Shown here piece by piece: positions 49,187 to 60,098 of a stretch of DNA of 64,000 nucleotides (positions within the stretch are counted from its first letter, which is position 1; each line of letters begins with the position of its first letter). Under the pieces are notes generated by a model. That model was not told the origin of the DNA. It did no database searches and saw nothing but the letters and a program-made list of their open reading frames with translations. The position numbers and the translations under genes are program-made. The stretch lies in the NCBI GenBank assembly GCA_963667015.2, contig CAXXJJ010000004.1:3072001-3136000 (forward strand). The letters are read 5' to 3'. Source of the stretch: Desulfatiglandales bacterium. GTDB lineage: Bacteria; Desulfobacterota; DSM-4660; Desulfatiglandales; HGW-15.

Positions 49187-50689
49187 ATGCAGCAAAAAAT
49201 AGAAGAACTAAAAGATATACTTGCGGAAATATCTGATCTCAGCGGAGCAATTGCATTACTTGAGTGGGACCAGCAGACCTATATGCCAGATGGCGGAGCT
49301 GAAGCCAGGGCCAGGCAACTGGGGACACTTGGAAAACTGGCTCATGAAAAGTCAGTATCCATGGAACTCGGAAAGCTGCTTGATGGATTAAGAGATAAAA
49401 CGGACTCAATGGACCCTGACTCTGACAATGCCCGGCTGATCAAATTTGCCATAAGGGACTATGATCGTGAAACACGGGTTACCCCTGAGTTTGTCGTTGA
49501 AAGGGCCCAGGTGACATCAATGGCCCATCAAGCATGGGCGGAAGCCCGTACAAAATCGGATTTTTCTATTTTTTTGCCGCTTCTTGAAAAGATAGTCGAA
49601 CTTACACATCGCTATATCGATTTTTTTCCACCTGCAGATCACCCATATGACGTGCTCCTGGATATCTACGAACCTGAAATGAAGACATCAGATGTAAAAA
49701 AGATCTTTGATGAGTTGCGGCCCCGGCAGGTAAACCTGATAAAGGCTGTCTCGCAAAAAATACAGGTGGATAACTCTTTTTTATATCAACCCTTTGATGA
49801 AAAAAAGCAATGGGATTTCGGAATAGAAGTTATTAAAAGAATGGGTTATGAAATGGAGCGGGGACGCCAGGACAAGTCACATCACCCTTTTACAACGGAA
49901 TTCAGCATTAATGATGTACGTATAACAACAAGGGTTGCCCCTGATAATTTCAACTACATGATTTTCAGTACTATTCATGAAGCAGGACACGCCCTGTATG
50001 CCCAGGGACACTCTCCTGACCTTGAACGCACCAACCTTGCAGATGGGGCATCTCTTGCTCTTCATGAGTCCCAGTCCCGGATGTGGGAAAACCTTGTGGC
50101 AAGATCACTTCCCTTCTGGGAATATTATTATCCCAGGCTTCAGGAATATTTCCCCCAGCTGAACCCGGTGGACCTTGATACATTTTATAAAGGCATCAAC
50201 AGGGTTGGGCCCTCTCTGATAAGGACCGAGGCTGATGAGGCCACATATAATCTGCATGTTATGCTCAGGCTTGAACTTGAAATCGGAATCATCGAGGAAA
50301 AAATAAAGGTCAGGGATCTGCCGGAAATCTGGAATGCCAAAATGAAGGAATATCTTGGCATTGAACCGGAGAACGATGCCCAGGGGGTACTGCAGGATGT
50401 TCACTGGTCCATGGGGGCATTTGGATATTTTTCAACATATGCCCTTGGCAATCTTGTCTCTGTTCAATTATGGGATAAGATAATCGAGGATATTCCCGAT
50501 CTGACCGATCAGATCCGCACAGGTAATTTTGAGGAACTCCTTGGCTGGCTGCGTGTTAACATTCATACCCATGGCCGCAAATTCATGCCGCAGGAACTTG
50601 TTAAAAAAATAACAGGTTCAGAAATCAATCCGGAACCTTATCTAAGATACCTGGAGGAAAAATTCGGAAGGATATATGGATTGTATTAA
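49187..50689 (+). CDS. Carboxypeptidase M32
   Basis: WDQQTYMP, HPF, HEAGHALY, HESQS, QDVHW. Confidence 0.95.
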   Translation: MQQKIEELKDILAEISDLSGAIALLEWDQQTYMPDGGAEARARQLGTLGKLAHEKSVSMELGKLLDGLRDKTDSMDPDSDNARLIKFAIRDYDRETRVTPEFVVERAQVTSMAHQAWAEARTKSDFSIFLPLLEKIVELTHRYIDFFPPADHPYDVLLDIYEPEMKTSDVKKIFDELRPRQVNLIKAVSQKIQVDNSFLYQPFDEKKQWDFGIEVIKRMGYEMERGRQDKSHHPFTTEFSINDVRITTRVAPDNFNYMIFSTIHEAGHALYAQGHSPDLERTNLADGASLALHESQSRMWENLVARSLPFWEYYYPRLQEYFPQLNPVDLDTFYKGINRVGPSLIRTEADEATYNLHVMLRLELEIGIIEEKIKVRDLPEIWNAKMKEYLGIEPENDAQGVLQDVHWSMGAFGYFSTYALGNLVSVQLWDKIIEDIPDLTDQIRTGNFEELLGWLRVNIHTHGRKFMPQELVKKITGSEINPEPYLRYLEEKFGRIYGLY

Positions 50690-51072
50690 ACCCTTTTCAG
50701 TATTGTGCCTTCCATCTTTTTAAACACACCTTCAGGGGTTGTGATGTTTATTCCAAAATCAACCACAAGGTCTTTTATAATTGGAAAACCTTTCATTGGT
50801 TCCAGAAGAATGCTTTCTCCCGGCTGAAGAATTCTTGAACATGTCCTCATGCCTTTGCCGTCTACCATCATAAGGCATGACATGCACCAGGAGCAGCCGC
50901 AGCAATAATCCCTGAATGCCAGGGTTTCATCTATATTATCCCGGACATATTTTACGGCTGGTAAAAGCAGCATGCCTTCCTGCCAGGGGACCTCATAGGT
51001 TTTATAGGTCGGGGACTGATCGACGGCAGGATCGTATCTAAATATCTTTAAGCTTACTGTATTGTTACTCAT
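50686..51072 (-). CDS. Stand-alone SdhB/FrdB N-terminal 2Fe-2S domain
   Basis: KIFRYDP, CCGCSWCMSC, FPIIKDLVVD. Confidence 0.8.
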   Translation of the reverse strand: MSNNTVSLKIFRYDPAVDQSPTYKTYEVPWQEGMLLLPAVKYVRDNIDETLAFRDYCCGCSWCMSCLMMVDGKGMRTCSRILQPGESILLEPMKGFPIIKDLVVDFGINITTPEGVFKKMEGTILKRV

Positions 51073-52781
51073 ATCCTTCCCTCCGGATCAGATTTCGTTA
51101 TGGTGACAGGAGTGGTGCCCGCATCCATATTATCATGTTTCTTTATAATCCTGATATGTTTCAGCCATTCCGGTTTTGTATCGGGAAAGTCCTCTCGAAG
51201 ATGTGCGCCCCTGCTTTCAGTCCTTAAAAGGGCGGACCGGATTATCATCTCTGAGGTATCCAGCATGAAGGGAACCTGGATTGCCTCAACCCAGCCCGAA
51301 TTGAATGTAAATCCCGAAGGAGCCCTCATCTTTTGGAGTTCATCAGACCTTACTGCCTGCAATTCAGTCAATGCATTATTAAGGCTGTCCTCTGTCCTGG
51401 CCACACCAACATATTCCGACATAAGGGCCGCAACCCTGTCAGTAATTTCTTTGGGTGTCATGCCTTCATTCCTGAAAAAGCCGCACAACCTGTCATATTC
51501 TTCTTCAGGATTATCATCTGATGCTACTTCATCAGCACCGCTGGCGTATTCACAGGCATATCTCCCCGCCCTGGCGCCAAACACGATTATCTCGACCATG
51601 GCATTTCCACCCATCCTGTTGGCACCATGGACACCTCCCGAAACCTCACCTGCTGCAAAAAGCCCCTCAAGGCTGGTCTCGCATTTTTCGTTTATCTTAA
51701 CGCCACCCATAAAAAAATGTGCGCCTCCGGGTGCAAACTCAATCCTCCAGTTCCTGGGATCAGGATCATTAACACTCATTCTTTTTATAAGCTGCCATCT
51801 CTCTTTAGCAACCTCCTCGGCAAGCGAATGTTTAAGCTGATCTTCAATCTCCTCGCTGGTCAGGGGAGAGCGTGTCAGATCAATATAAACGCCTCCTTTT
51901 TCTGTTCCCCTGCCGTCCCTGATTTCCTTAAATGCCGCCTTTTGGATAACATCCCTGGGCTGAGGCTGCTGAATGAACTCATCACCCAGTGCGTTGATAT
52001 ATTTCCCACCGCACATGGTGCACAGCAATTCGGGATTTCCAAGAAGCCAGGGGGGATAGAGCTGATTGCCTGTGAACTGAACCATCTCCATATCTATAAG
52101 CTCCGCGCCTGCATGATATGCCATGGCATAGCCCATACCGGTCGCATGTCCGTGCATACCAAAAGGGGCGTTTGTCGAATGGGGATAGATTTCACCCAGT
52201 CCCCCGGTGGCAAGAATAGTAGCCTTTGCATCGATAACAAGATAGTCACCTTTTCGAATATTGAGGACAAATGCCCCTGTGACACGGTTTCCGGCAGTCA
52301 GCAATTTTGTAGTTACGACGTCCTCGAACACCGTGATATTGGGATGGCGGGCTATCTCGTTTTTAAGGGCCTCCATATAACCCACACCGGGGATGTAATG
52401 CCCTCTTGGATATGTATGTCTTTTTACGGTTCCGGTCTTTGTCTCTCCCCCGCCTGATTCAAAAGGAATCATTTTGGCTCCCCAGTTTATCAACTCCTGT
52501 GCCCTTTGGGGACCTTCAAGGGTCAAAACCTCAACAAGATTCTGCTCATTCAGATAGCAGCCATACCTGAGGAGGTCCTCAAAAAGGGCCTCCGGGCTGT
52601 CATCCGGATGCTCCACCCACACCATTCCGCCATTTGCCATTGCGGTAAGGCCGCTTCTGCCTACGGGCCCCTGGTTTAGTATGACAATCTTCATTTCCGG
52701 ATCTCTTGTCGCGGCTTCAATAGCCGCCCTGGCTCCGGCCCCTCCGGCACCTACCACTAAAATATCAGCCCTCAACCTCAT
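51069..52781 (-). CDS. SdhA/FrdA/NadB-family flavoprotein
   Basis: GAGGAG, ATGG, DMEMVQF, HFFMGG, HGANRMGGN, ESRGAH. Confidence 0.88.
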   Translation of the reverse strand: MRLRADILVVGAGGAGARAAIEAATRDPEMKIVILNQGPVGRSGLTAMANGGMVWVEHPDDSPEALFEDLLRYGCYLNEQNLVEVLTLEGPQRAQELINWGAKMIPFESGGGETKTGTVKRHTYPRGHYIPGVGYMEALKNEIARHPNITVFEDVVTTKLLTAGNRVTGAFVLNIRKGDYLVIDAKATILATGGLGEIYPHSTNAPFGMHGHATGMGYAMAYHAGAELIDMEMVQFTGNQLYPPWLLGNPELLCTMCGGKYINALGDEFIQQPQPRDVIQKAAFKEIRDGRGTEKGGVYIDLTRSPLTSEEIEDQLKHSLAEEVAKERWQLIKRMSVNDPDPRNWRIEFAPGGAHFFMGGVKINEKCETSLEGLFAAGEVSGGVHGANRMGGNAMVEIIVFGARAGRYACEYASGADEVASDDNPEEEYDRLCGFFRNEGMTPKEITDRVAALMSEYVGVARTEDSLNNALTELQAVRSDELQKMRAPSGFTFNSGWVEAIQVPFMLDTSEMIIRSALLRTESRGAHLREDFPDTKPEWLKHIRIIKKHDNMDAGTTPVTITKSDPEGRI

Positions 52782-52803
52782 TGCACCCTCCTTTTTAACC
52801 GCC

Positions 52804-53532
52804 TTATATTCCTGCTAATGACGCAGCCATATAGTCACTAAGTTCCGATGCCAGAAAAACAACTATGGGGGCCACGTCCTCCGGTGTGCATAATCTTCCG
52901 AGGGGTAATGTGGGGGCTATGGTTTCCATTCTGGGATCATCCACCGTAAGGCCGGTAGCGCCTAAGCCCGGAGAATAAACGGTGGTAATTATTCCCGTTC
53001 CCTTTAATTCCTTTGCCAGCGACCTTGTAAACATAACAACACCGGCCTTGGCAGCGCCGTACATGGAAAGCGTGGGGATACCCTGCCCCCCTGAAGTATT
53101 GATTATTCTGCCTGACTTGCGTGACATCATGTGAGGTAAAACAGCATGTGCAACATTCATCTGCCCTATGAGGTTGACACCGATATCATATTCCCAGTCC
53201 TTTCTGTCGGATTGGATAAAAGGCATCATTCTGCTGCTGGCGCCCGCGTTGTTTATAAGGATGTCTATATGTCCGAATTTTTCAACACCCCTGTCCACCA
53301 TTTCATCCACCTGGGCACGCTCCCTGACATCGACTTTTACCGTGAGGGCTTTTTGCCCTTTTGCCCTGATTTCATCTGCGGTCCTGTTTGTTCCTTCGAG
53401 ATCGATATCACCCAGTATAAGGTTGCAGCCTTCTTGGGCAAGCATAAGCGCTATGGCCTTGCCGTACCCTATCTGACTCCCTGATCCTGTCACGATAGCC
53501 ACTTTATCTTTTAACTTCAGGTCCATTGCCAC
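52804..53532 (-). CDS. SDR oxidoreductase
   Basis: TGSGSQIGYG, NNAG, YGAAK. Confidence 0.9.
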   Translation of the reverse strand: MAMDLKLKDKVAIVTGSGSQIGYGKAIALMLAQEGCNLILGDIDLEGTNRTADEIRAKGQKALTVKVDVRERAQVDEMVDRGVEKFGHIDILINNAGASSRMMPFIQSDRKDWEYDIGVNLIGQMNVAHAVLPHMMSRKSGRIINTSGGQGIPTLSMYGAAKAGVVMFTRSLAKELKGTGIITTVYSPGLGATGLTVDDPRMETIAPTLPLGRLCTPEDVAPIVVFLASELSDYMAASLAGI

Positions 53533-53859
53533 TCCTTATTTAAAATTATTTTTTACGTTTATAAAAAATATCAGTCAAGCATGAAATTTGAGATTCAGAA
53601 GCCATGGTAAACAGCCTGAGATTTGTCCTTCCGGGTAAAACAGCGTTGCAGACCTTAATTTATATCTTTCATCATTAAAACAGTCTGATATATTGGCATA
53701 TATCTTGCTGTTTGATATAAAGACAATTTCCTGAAAATACACTGTTATCCAGGATTCAAGTCGATAATTTAAGAATTGCAGGGGATACCGGTTTAGTTGT
53801 AACAGCATGTTATAACGAGTATTCCTGGATGCAGAATAAAAAATTATTAAGAGGTAAAA

Positions 53860-55800
53860 ATGAGTATCAGATATTTATCAATATTAACCCTGTCATTTTT
53901 ATGGCTCATGCATGCCGGCTGCATGTCGCAAACTGTCAAAAATCCAACAAGTGTATTTTTACCACCTGAAAATACTGCCTTAAACGAGGATTCAGGATCC
54001 GAGACAGGGTCCCATACCTCAATGGCTGATATTACAGCATCTGAAAACCCGGCAGACATATATGACTACAGCGAAGAGGAAGCCACACTTTCAGCCATTT
54101 CCAATCTATACGAAGAAGCGCTTCAGGCAATGGATAAGGGTGATTTCAGTCTCGCCGAGACGCGCATCGAAAATGCGGCTGTTCTGGCCTCAGGTGTTGA
54201 CATCACCTCAATAAACGATAAGTCGCTTTCTCTCAAATATATGAATACCCTTTCATCAATCTTTCAGGATTATGGGAGGATTTTTAAGAATGCCGATCAG
54301 ATCAACCTGGAAGAGCCTCTTAACTGGCTGGATCAGCTTTCAGAGTCAAAACCCGAGGATTTCAAAAATGGCATGTGGAAGGATGAAGAACTCAGGCAGA
54401 TTGTCCAGAAAATGGCCCTTCGATGTGATGTTCCTATTGAATATAATGACCAGGTAAAGAAGGCTATTTATTTTTTTCAGACAGTAAATAAAGAAGAAAT
54501 GGCAAAATGGATAAGCCGGAGCGGTCGCTACCTGCCTTTAATCGAGGAAATTCTCGAGGAGTATGATTTACCCCTTGATCTTGCCTATCTTGCAATGATT
54601 GAGAGTGGTTTTAATCCAAAGGCATATTCACGTGCCCACTGCTCCGGAATGTGGCAGTTTGCATACTCAACAGGACGGATGTATGGCCTTAAAAGGACCC
54701 AGTGGTATGATCAGCGAAGAGACCCTTTAAAATCCACAAAGGCAGCAGCGCGCCACCTCAGCGATCTTTACAAGATATATGGAGACTGGTACCTGGTGAT
54801 GGCCGCCTATAACTGGGGGCCCGGGGGAGTCAATCGCCAGATAAAAAGAGGTGTTACAGATTTCTGGTCAATGAAGATGCCCCGCGAAACAAGAAACTAT
54901 ATCCCCTCTTTCATAGCCGCAGTAGTCATATCAAAGGCACCGGAACTTTTCGGATTTGAAAATATTGAAAAAGAAGCGCCTCTTCATTTTGAGACGGTTG
55001 AAGTACCCTATACCAGCCTGAAGGCAGCGGCAAAATGCGCCGGAGTGGACCTGGAAACACTCAGGGAGATAAATACAGAACTCATCAAGACACATACTCC
55101 TTCGGGGGAAAGCTATGCCCTTAAGGTTCCTGCCGGGGCTAAAGATCAGTTCATGGATGAATATGCAAAACTGCCAAAGGAAATATATTCACCCCCGGCA
55201 ATCGATAATTATTATGTTAAGCATGGAGACACACTTTCCGGTATCGCTTCCCGATTCCGTGTTTCGGTCAACAGCATTGTTGTTGAGAACGGCATCAGAA
55301 ACCGTAACAGTCTCCGCGTCGGACAAAAGCTCCGCATTCCGGGCTATGCAGGTTCCTCAAAAAATTCCAACTCTTCTTCTGTCGCCTTTAAACAGGTATC
55401 ACAGGATGAAATAACTGCGGCTGAAAAAAATACCTTTATATATACAGTGAAACGAAATGACAGCCTCTGGATTATAGCGTCCAGGCATAAAACCAGCATC
55501 AAAATGATTCAGGCACTGAATAACATGGGAACAAGTACAAGGATTGATCCGGGCCAGAAATTAAAGATCCCGGTTGAGATAAATGATCCTGCGCCTCCAT
55601 CCTCTCCACCTGTCACGCTTGCCTCGGCCTCATCATATAGCGATGGTGAAATAACCTATACAATCCAGAACAGAGACACTCTTTATGAGATCGCTATGAA
55701 ATATAATGTTTCCTATAAGGATATAATGCGATGGAACAAGATTCAAAACCACCGTACCATTAAGCCCGGTCAAAAAATAATTATTATGACAAAAAGTTAA
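53860..55800 (+). CDS. MltD-like lytic transglycosylase with three LysM domains
   Basis: IESG, GMWQF, AAYNWG, ETRNY; LysM repeats. Confidence 0.9.
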   Translation: MSIRYLSILTLSFLWLMHAGCMSQTVKNPTSVFLPPENTALNEDSGSETGSHTSMADITASENPADIYDYSEEEATLSAISNLYEEALQAMDKGDFSLAETRIENAAVLASGVDITSINDKSLSLKYMNTLSSIFQDYGRIFKNADQINLEEPLNWLDQLSESKPEDFKNGMWKDEELRQIVQKMALRCDVPIEYNDQVKKAIYFFQTVNKEEMAKWISRSGRYLPLIEEILEEYDLPLDLAYLAMIESGFNPKAYSRAHCSGMWQFAYSTGRMYGLKRTQWYDQRRDPLKSTKAAARHLSDLYKIYGDWYLVMAAYNWGPGGVNRQIKRGVTDFWSMKMPRETRNYIPSFIAAVVISKAPELFGFENIEKEAPLHFETVEVPYTSLKAAAKCAGVDLETLREINTELIKTHTPSGESYALKVPAGAKDQFMDEYAKLPKEIYSPPAIDNYYVKHGDTLSGIASRFRVSVNSIVVENGIRNRNSLRVGQKLRIPGYAGSSKNSNSSSVAFKQVSQDEITAAEKNTFIYTVKRNDSLWIIASRHKTSIKMIQALNNMGTSTRIDPGQKLKIPVEINDPAPPSSPPVTLASASSYSDGEITYTIQNRDTLYEIAMKYNVSYKDIMRWNKIQNHRTIKPGQKIIIMTKS

Positions 55801-55891
55801 GGACTGAAAAAATCGGGTATGAAACTTCCTGGTCGGGATAAACTCCGGCTTTAATCGGAAGGAAAAATATCTGACATTAATAATGTTCCTG

Positions 55892-55931
55892 AAAAAAGCG
55901 CCCTGCCGCAATGCTGCAGGGCGCTTTTTTT
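55892..55931. terminator. Bidirectional intrinsic terminator
   Basis: aaaaaagcgccctgc / gcagggcgctttttt. Confidence 0.8.
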
Positions 55932-55961
55932 ATTCCGGCATCTTTGCGCGCCAGAGATATT

Positions 55962-56849
55962 TTATTGAACAAGCTCGATAGTGGTCTTTGCCTTTGTGGA
56001 CTGGGGCATCTCACCCATAGAACCCAGATTGATCTTCATATTCGAATCCTCTTCCACCAATGCCCTGACAAATATCCCTTTTTTATATGCAAAATACCAT
56101 GTGGATGTTGCCTTTGCCTCTCCGGTGATTTTAATCTCCTGTCCCATCATATCTCCGGATCCCTGAATAGTGCTTTTGGTGTCGCCTTTAATTCTCACGC
56201 ATTCCATCCCCTGTATGGTTTCCAATCCTTCAAGAACATTGATGGTTTCTCCGTTGATTGACAGTTCTATTGTCCCCTGCTTCCTGTTATTTTCTATTGG
56301 AGTGGTCCAGGTATCACCTATTTTAAAATTATCAGCAGGCAGTTCAGGCAGAAGGTTTGAAAAATAATCCTTTGCACTCTGTGCCGGTGTGTTCGGCTGC
56401 CCCATGCTGATTTTTGGAAGGACATCAATACCTGTAAACGCTGTCTCTTTACCCTTGGGAGAAAAGGTTATCCCGAAACTTTTACCCTTAAGGCCTGATG
56501 TATCCGGACTGACAGGCCCCTGTGGACTGTTTGCATTAATAGACAGGTCATTAATAGTAACCTGAGTCTTAATGTTGTTTTGCCCATCCATTCCTGCACC
56601 TTTGATGATGTAATCAGTGCTGGTATTTGATGTTGTTTTCATGGATTGCCCCATCATCTCCATGGATTGTGTCGACTCTGAGCTTCTCTTGTAATTCAGT
56701 ACCTGATCCTGCTGTATATTATAATGGAGAATAAGTCCGGTCTGGGGGTCTCCCCATGTAGATTTTTTTGCTGCGCAGCCGGTCAATAGAAATGATACAA
56801 ACATGACAGCAATTGCAACAAAACGAAAAACCTGGATTTTACTCAACAT
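55962..56849 (-). CDS. Lipoprotein (DUF6263-like)
   Basis: Lipobox LTGC; LP....KIGDTW. Confidence 0.6.
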   Translation of the reverse strand: MLSKIQVFRFVAIAVMFVSFLLTGCAAKKSTWGDPQTGLILHYNIQQDQVLNYKRSSESTQSMEMMGQSMKTTSNTSTDYIIKGAGMDGQNNIKTQVTINDLSINANSPQGPVSPDTSGLKGKSFGITFSPKGKETAFTGIDVLPKISMGQPNTPAQSAKDYFSNLLPELPADNFKIGDTWTTPIENNRKQGTIELSINGETINVLEGLETIQGMECVRIKGDTKSTIQGSGDMMGQEIKITGEAKATSTWYFAYKKGIFVRALVEEDSNMKINLGSMGEMPQSTKAKTTIELVQ

Positions 56850-57214
56850 ACATCCCTCCTCTTTATAAATTAACCTGGATTATTAAAAATGGTTTTTAAT
56901 CATAGAAATTTGTAAATACAATTTATATAAAATCTGAGGCATTCTTATCCTGTAAAAATGATCAATCCTTTACTCTTGTGCCAGTATGCTTTTTGGATTT
57001 AAGATCTAATAAGACGATTCGCCAGGGGTATACATGTTTGCCACGGCGAATTTACGCGTCACAGGCGCGTTTAAGGCAATAAAACATAATTTTAACGTTG
57101 AGGTAATCGAACGTTTTTAAGACTAATCCTTTAAAAAAGCAAGGAGAAAAGCCGGAAAACAGATAATGCTACGAAAATCAGAGGTCAGAGGTCAGATGCA
57201 AGAGATTAGTTTTT

Positions 57215-57877
57215 TTACTCTTTAAGTTTTATGGTAAGGCGGCCTTCTTCCACGCGTATATTTTCAATACCGGATGAAAAGGCCTTCCAGAAACCATCCT
57301 GAGTGCCGAACTCTTTAACCAGGTCAACATTTTTGATACCGCCAAGCCAGGCATTTGGTACGGGCACGCCCCAGAGACTGATTCCTCTTAATGCAACAAC
57401 GGGATCATCCCTGTCATATTTAAGCTCCAGGCCGGCAGTAACCTTGAGGGTTTTTCCGCCCAGGAACGGGAAATCCGGATCCAGTGGAATAAGAAGCTTT
57501 GCGCTTGCCATATCATCGGATAAATCGATGGCAAACTTATCAGCAAGGTCGGTATTTTTTGCCAGCATGCTGTTGATCTCACGCTCCGTGAAACTGATCT
57601 CCCGGTCAGCCCCTTCCTCGCTGTAACGCTCAGGAGTGAGTGATGGTTTCCTTGAGCTGATAGGTGTATACAGCCGGGCCAGCTTTTCGTCAAGGACCCT
57701 CTCTTCCCGGTTGCTCAGAGAGACAGGCTTGAATTCCTTTGGAAAAAGATAGGCCATTGCTGCCCAGACTGTGATGACAGAGGTTACTATGGCAATGACA
57801 ACGACGAGTAGTGCGGTTTTGGCCCAGCCGGTTTTTTTTCCATTATTGTATGTTTCATGCGACTTATTTGAATTCAT
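57215..57877 (-). CDS. Membrane-anchored hypothetical protein
   Basis: N-terminal TM; 220-aa ORF. Confidence 0.7.
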   Translation of the reverse strand: MNSNKSHETYNNGKKTGWAKTALLVVVIAIVTSVITVWAAMAYLFPKEFKPVSLSNREERVLDEKLARLYTPISSRKPSLTPERYSEEGADREISFTEREINSMLAKNTDLADKFAIDLSDDMASAKLLIPLDPDFPFLGGKTLKVTAGLELKYDRDDPVVALRGISLWGVPVPNAWLGGIKNVDLVKEFGTQDGFWKAFSSGIENIRVEEGRLTIKLKE

Positions 57878-58320
57878 TGGTGTCTCGCTATAGTAAATTG
57901 TCAGTCTCTGTATTTTTTAACAGGTATTTATAAAGTTGAATAATTTATAAACATTTTATAGTTATGATCGATAATACGTCAACAGATTAGAGAAATAGTT
58001 TATTCTTTGTTTACGAGACATTGTTACCCAGTCTTTAAGGTGAAAAAAACTTGTACAATTGATTAGAAAATACTCTCAACCAAGGTTTTCTAATTCGACA
58101 ACAGCCTTTTAAAACATATTATATCCATTTTCCATCAAATCCTATTATGTAACTTATTGCCAATACCCAGCAATATCTTACATATACTTTTGGTATTTTT
58201 TTACACACTTCAGACTGTTTTTAATTTTTATAAAAAACACCCGGAATTAATTAAGCCTTATTACATTGAATTTATAGGACTATTTTGATTTGAAAGAAAA
58301 ATCTCAAGTCTAGTTCAAAA

Positions 58321-58336
58321 TGGCATAACAGTTGCT
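58321..58336 (+). promoter_or_regulatory. Sigma-54 promoter
   Basis: TGGCAT-N5-TTGCT upstream of the PEP-CTERM gene. Confidence 0.75.
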
Positions 58337-58416
58337 CTATAAGGGAACATCTGAAAACAAAAGAATTAATGTTTTTTTAATTTTATATAGCTTGATTTGA
58401 AGCGAGGAGAGAAGAG

Positions 58417-59091
58417 ATGAAAAAGAATTTTTTATTTTTATTAGTTGTATTTTTATTGGCTATTCCATTTACTGCTAGCGCCGGCATTATAGACAATGTT
58501 ACGTTAATTGAAGGATATTACCCTAGCTACGATGGAGAGTTTCATTTTCCTAATTTAGGCAGTCAAAATGTCTATGACAATTATACAGCAACCATCACCG
58601 GGGGATCGATAATTCAAAATGGGACATATGAGTCATTTTGCGTAGAAGACGTCTGGACTACAAGTAACCATGCATATACTATTTACAGCATCGACAATAA
58701 CCTTAGTAATTATATTGATTATTTTAAGGCAGCATGGGTCGCAGAAAATTATTATTCAATCGATAAGGAAGCTGCACAGATAGCGATTTGGGAGATTATG
58801 TTCGAGTATGATAACAACTCATATGATGTTAAAAATGGTGAATTCCGAAATATTGGAGGAGTATCATCGAATACTTTAGATCGAGCGACCTCTTATTTGT
58901 CTAATGTTGGAAGTATAAATTTCACTAATAACTTTAGTACCAATTGGGTTCTCGCTGTTAACTCTAATTCACAAAATTATATTTTTCGTGCATCTGAACC
59001 CGTCCCAGAACCAGCCACAATGCTTCTCCTCGGTTCAGGATTAATAGGTTTGGCCGGATTCGGACGCAAAAAGTTTTTAAGGCGAGGTTAA
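58417..59091 (+). CDS. PEP-CTERM sorting domain protein
   Basis: Signal peptide; FCVE and QIAIWE; VPEPATMLLLGSGLIGLAGFGRKK. Confidence 0.92.
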   Translation: MKKNFLFLLVVFLLAIPFTASAGIIDNVTLIEGYYPSYDGEFHFPNLGSQNVYDNYTATITGGSIIQNGTYESFCVEDVWTTSNHAYTIYSIDNNLSNYIDYFKAAWVAENYYSIDKEAAQIAIWEIMFEYDNNSYDVKNGEFRNIGGVSSNTLDRATSYLSNVGSINFTNNFSTNWVLAVNSNSQNYIFRASEPVPEPATMLLLGSGLIGLAGFGRKKFLRRG

Positions 59092-59330
59092 TTGTTAACC
59101 CCCATTTATGAAAATGCGGAAGAGATGTTGAATCTCTTCCGCATATTTTTTTCCCACGCTTTTTCAAACCTTATACTTACTTCAAATTTATCCACACAAT
59201 ATCACTCTCCATTCATCGATATGCAGTATCATATTTAATCACTTGACCTGTTTCAGTAAAAACATATAAAAACAGAGCATTCATACAATTTGTAAAAGAG
59301 TATCAAACCATTTTATCCGGAGGAAAAAAA

Positions 59331-59987
59331 ATGGAAAAACCCGCTGAATTTTACTGGTCTCTTCGCCTGGAAGAGGTGAAGTCCGCCCTTGAAAAAAATA
59401 ATTTTGAGGCATTCATTGCAAAGGATACCGAAACCGCAAAGTCTATTGTAGAAAATGAGATAATCCCGCAATTAAAACCCAAAAGCATCTCATGGGGAGG
59501 CTCAATGACCTTTACGGCATCAGGCATTTATGACTCCCTTAAAAGCAAAAAGGATTATGAGATTATCGACACCTATGACCGAAAAAGATATACGCCCGAA
59601 GAGGTGTCCGAAAGGAGAAGACAGGCCCTTTTGACCGATCTTTTCATTACGGGAACAAATGCAATTACTGAGGCAGGACACCTGGTGAACCTGGACATGA
59701 TAGGAAACAGGGTTGGCGCTATTACATACGGCCCCAGAAATGTCATTATTCTGCTTGGAAGGAACAAGATAGTATCGGACCTTGATGACGCCATGTTCCG
59801 GATAAAAAATTTTGTTGCGCCCATTAATGCAATGAGACTGGATATGAAAACACCATGTGTAAAGTCGGGAAGGTGCGCGGACTGCAAGAGCCCGACCAGG
59901 ATTTGCAACATGTGGACAGTAACTGAAAAGTCCTTCCCAAAGGGAAGGATTAAGGTTGTTCTAATTAACCAGGATCTTGGAATCTAG
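59331..59987 (+). CDS. LUD-domain (lactate utilisation) protein
   Basis: GGSMT, GTNAIT, GNRV, GRNKIV, Cys-rich tail. Confidence 0.85.
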   Translation: MEKPAEFYWSLRLEEVKSALEKNNFEAFIAKDTETAKSIVENEIIPQLKPKSISWGGSMTFTASGIYDSLKSKKDYEIIDTYDRKRYTPEEVSERRRQALLTDLFITGTNAITEAGHLVNLDMIGNRVGAITYGPRNVIILLGRNKIVSDLDDAMFRIKNFVAPINAMRLDMKTPCVKSGRCADCKSPTRICNMWTVTEKSFPKGRIKVVLINQDLGI

Positions 59988-59995
59988 AAAAGATA

Positions 59996-60088
59996 AACGT
60001 CCAACGTTCAACTCCCAATGTCCAAGAATGAATTGGTCATTGCATTTCATTCAAAGTTGGAAGTTGAACGTTCAATGTTGGATGTTCA
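59996..60088. repeat. 7-bp-period imperfect palindrome between convergent genes
   Basis: aacgtcc-aacgttc-aactccc-aatgtcc ... ggaagtt-gaacgtt-caatgtt-ggatgtt. Confidence 0.6.
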
Positions 60089-60098
60089 TCTTTTTTTG

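Noticed and set aside
51100..52457. Long antisense ORFs (246 and 276 aa) and similar shadows elsewhere
   Set aside because: They overlap well-supported genes on the opposite strand and carry no motifs.
57015..57075. Two adjacent hairpins upstream of the lipoprotein gene
   Set aside because: Cannot be assigned to any RNA family by eye.
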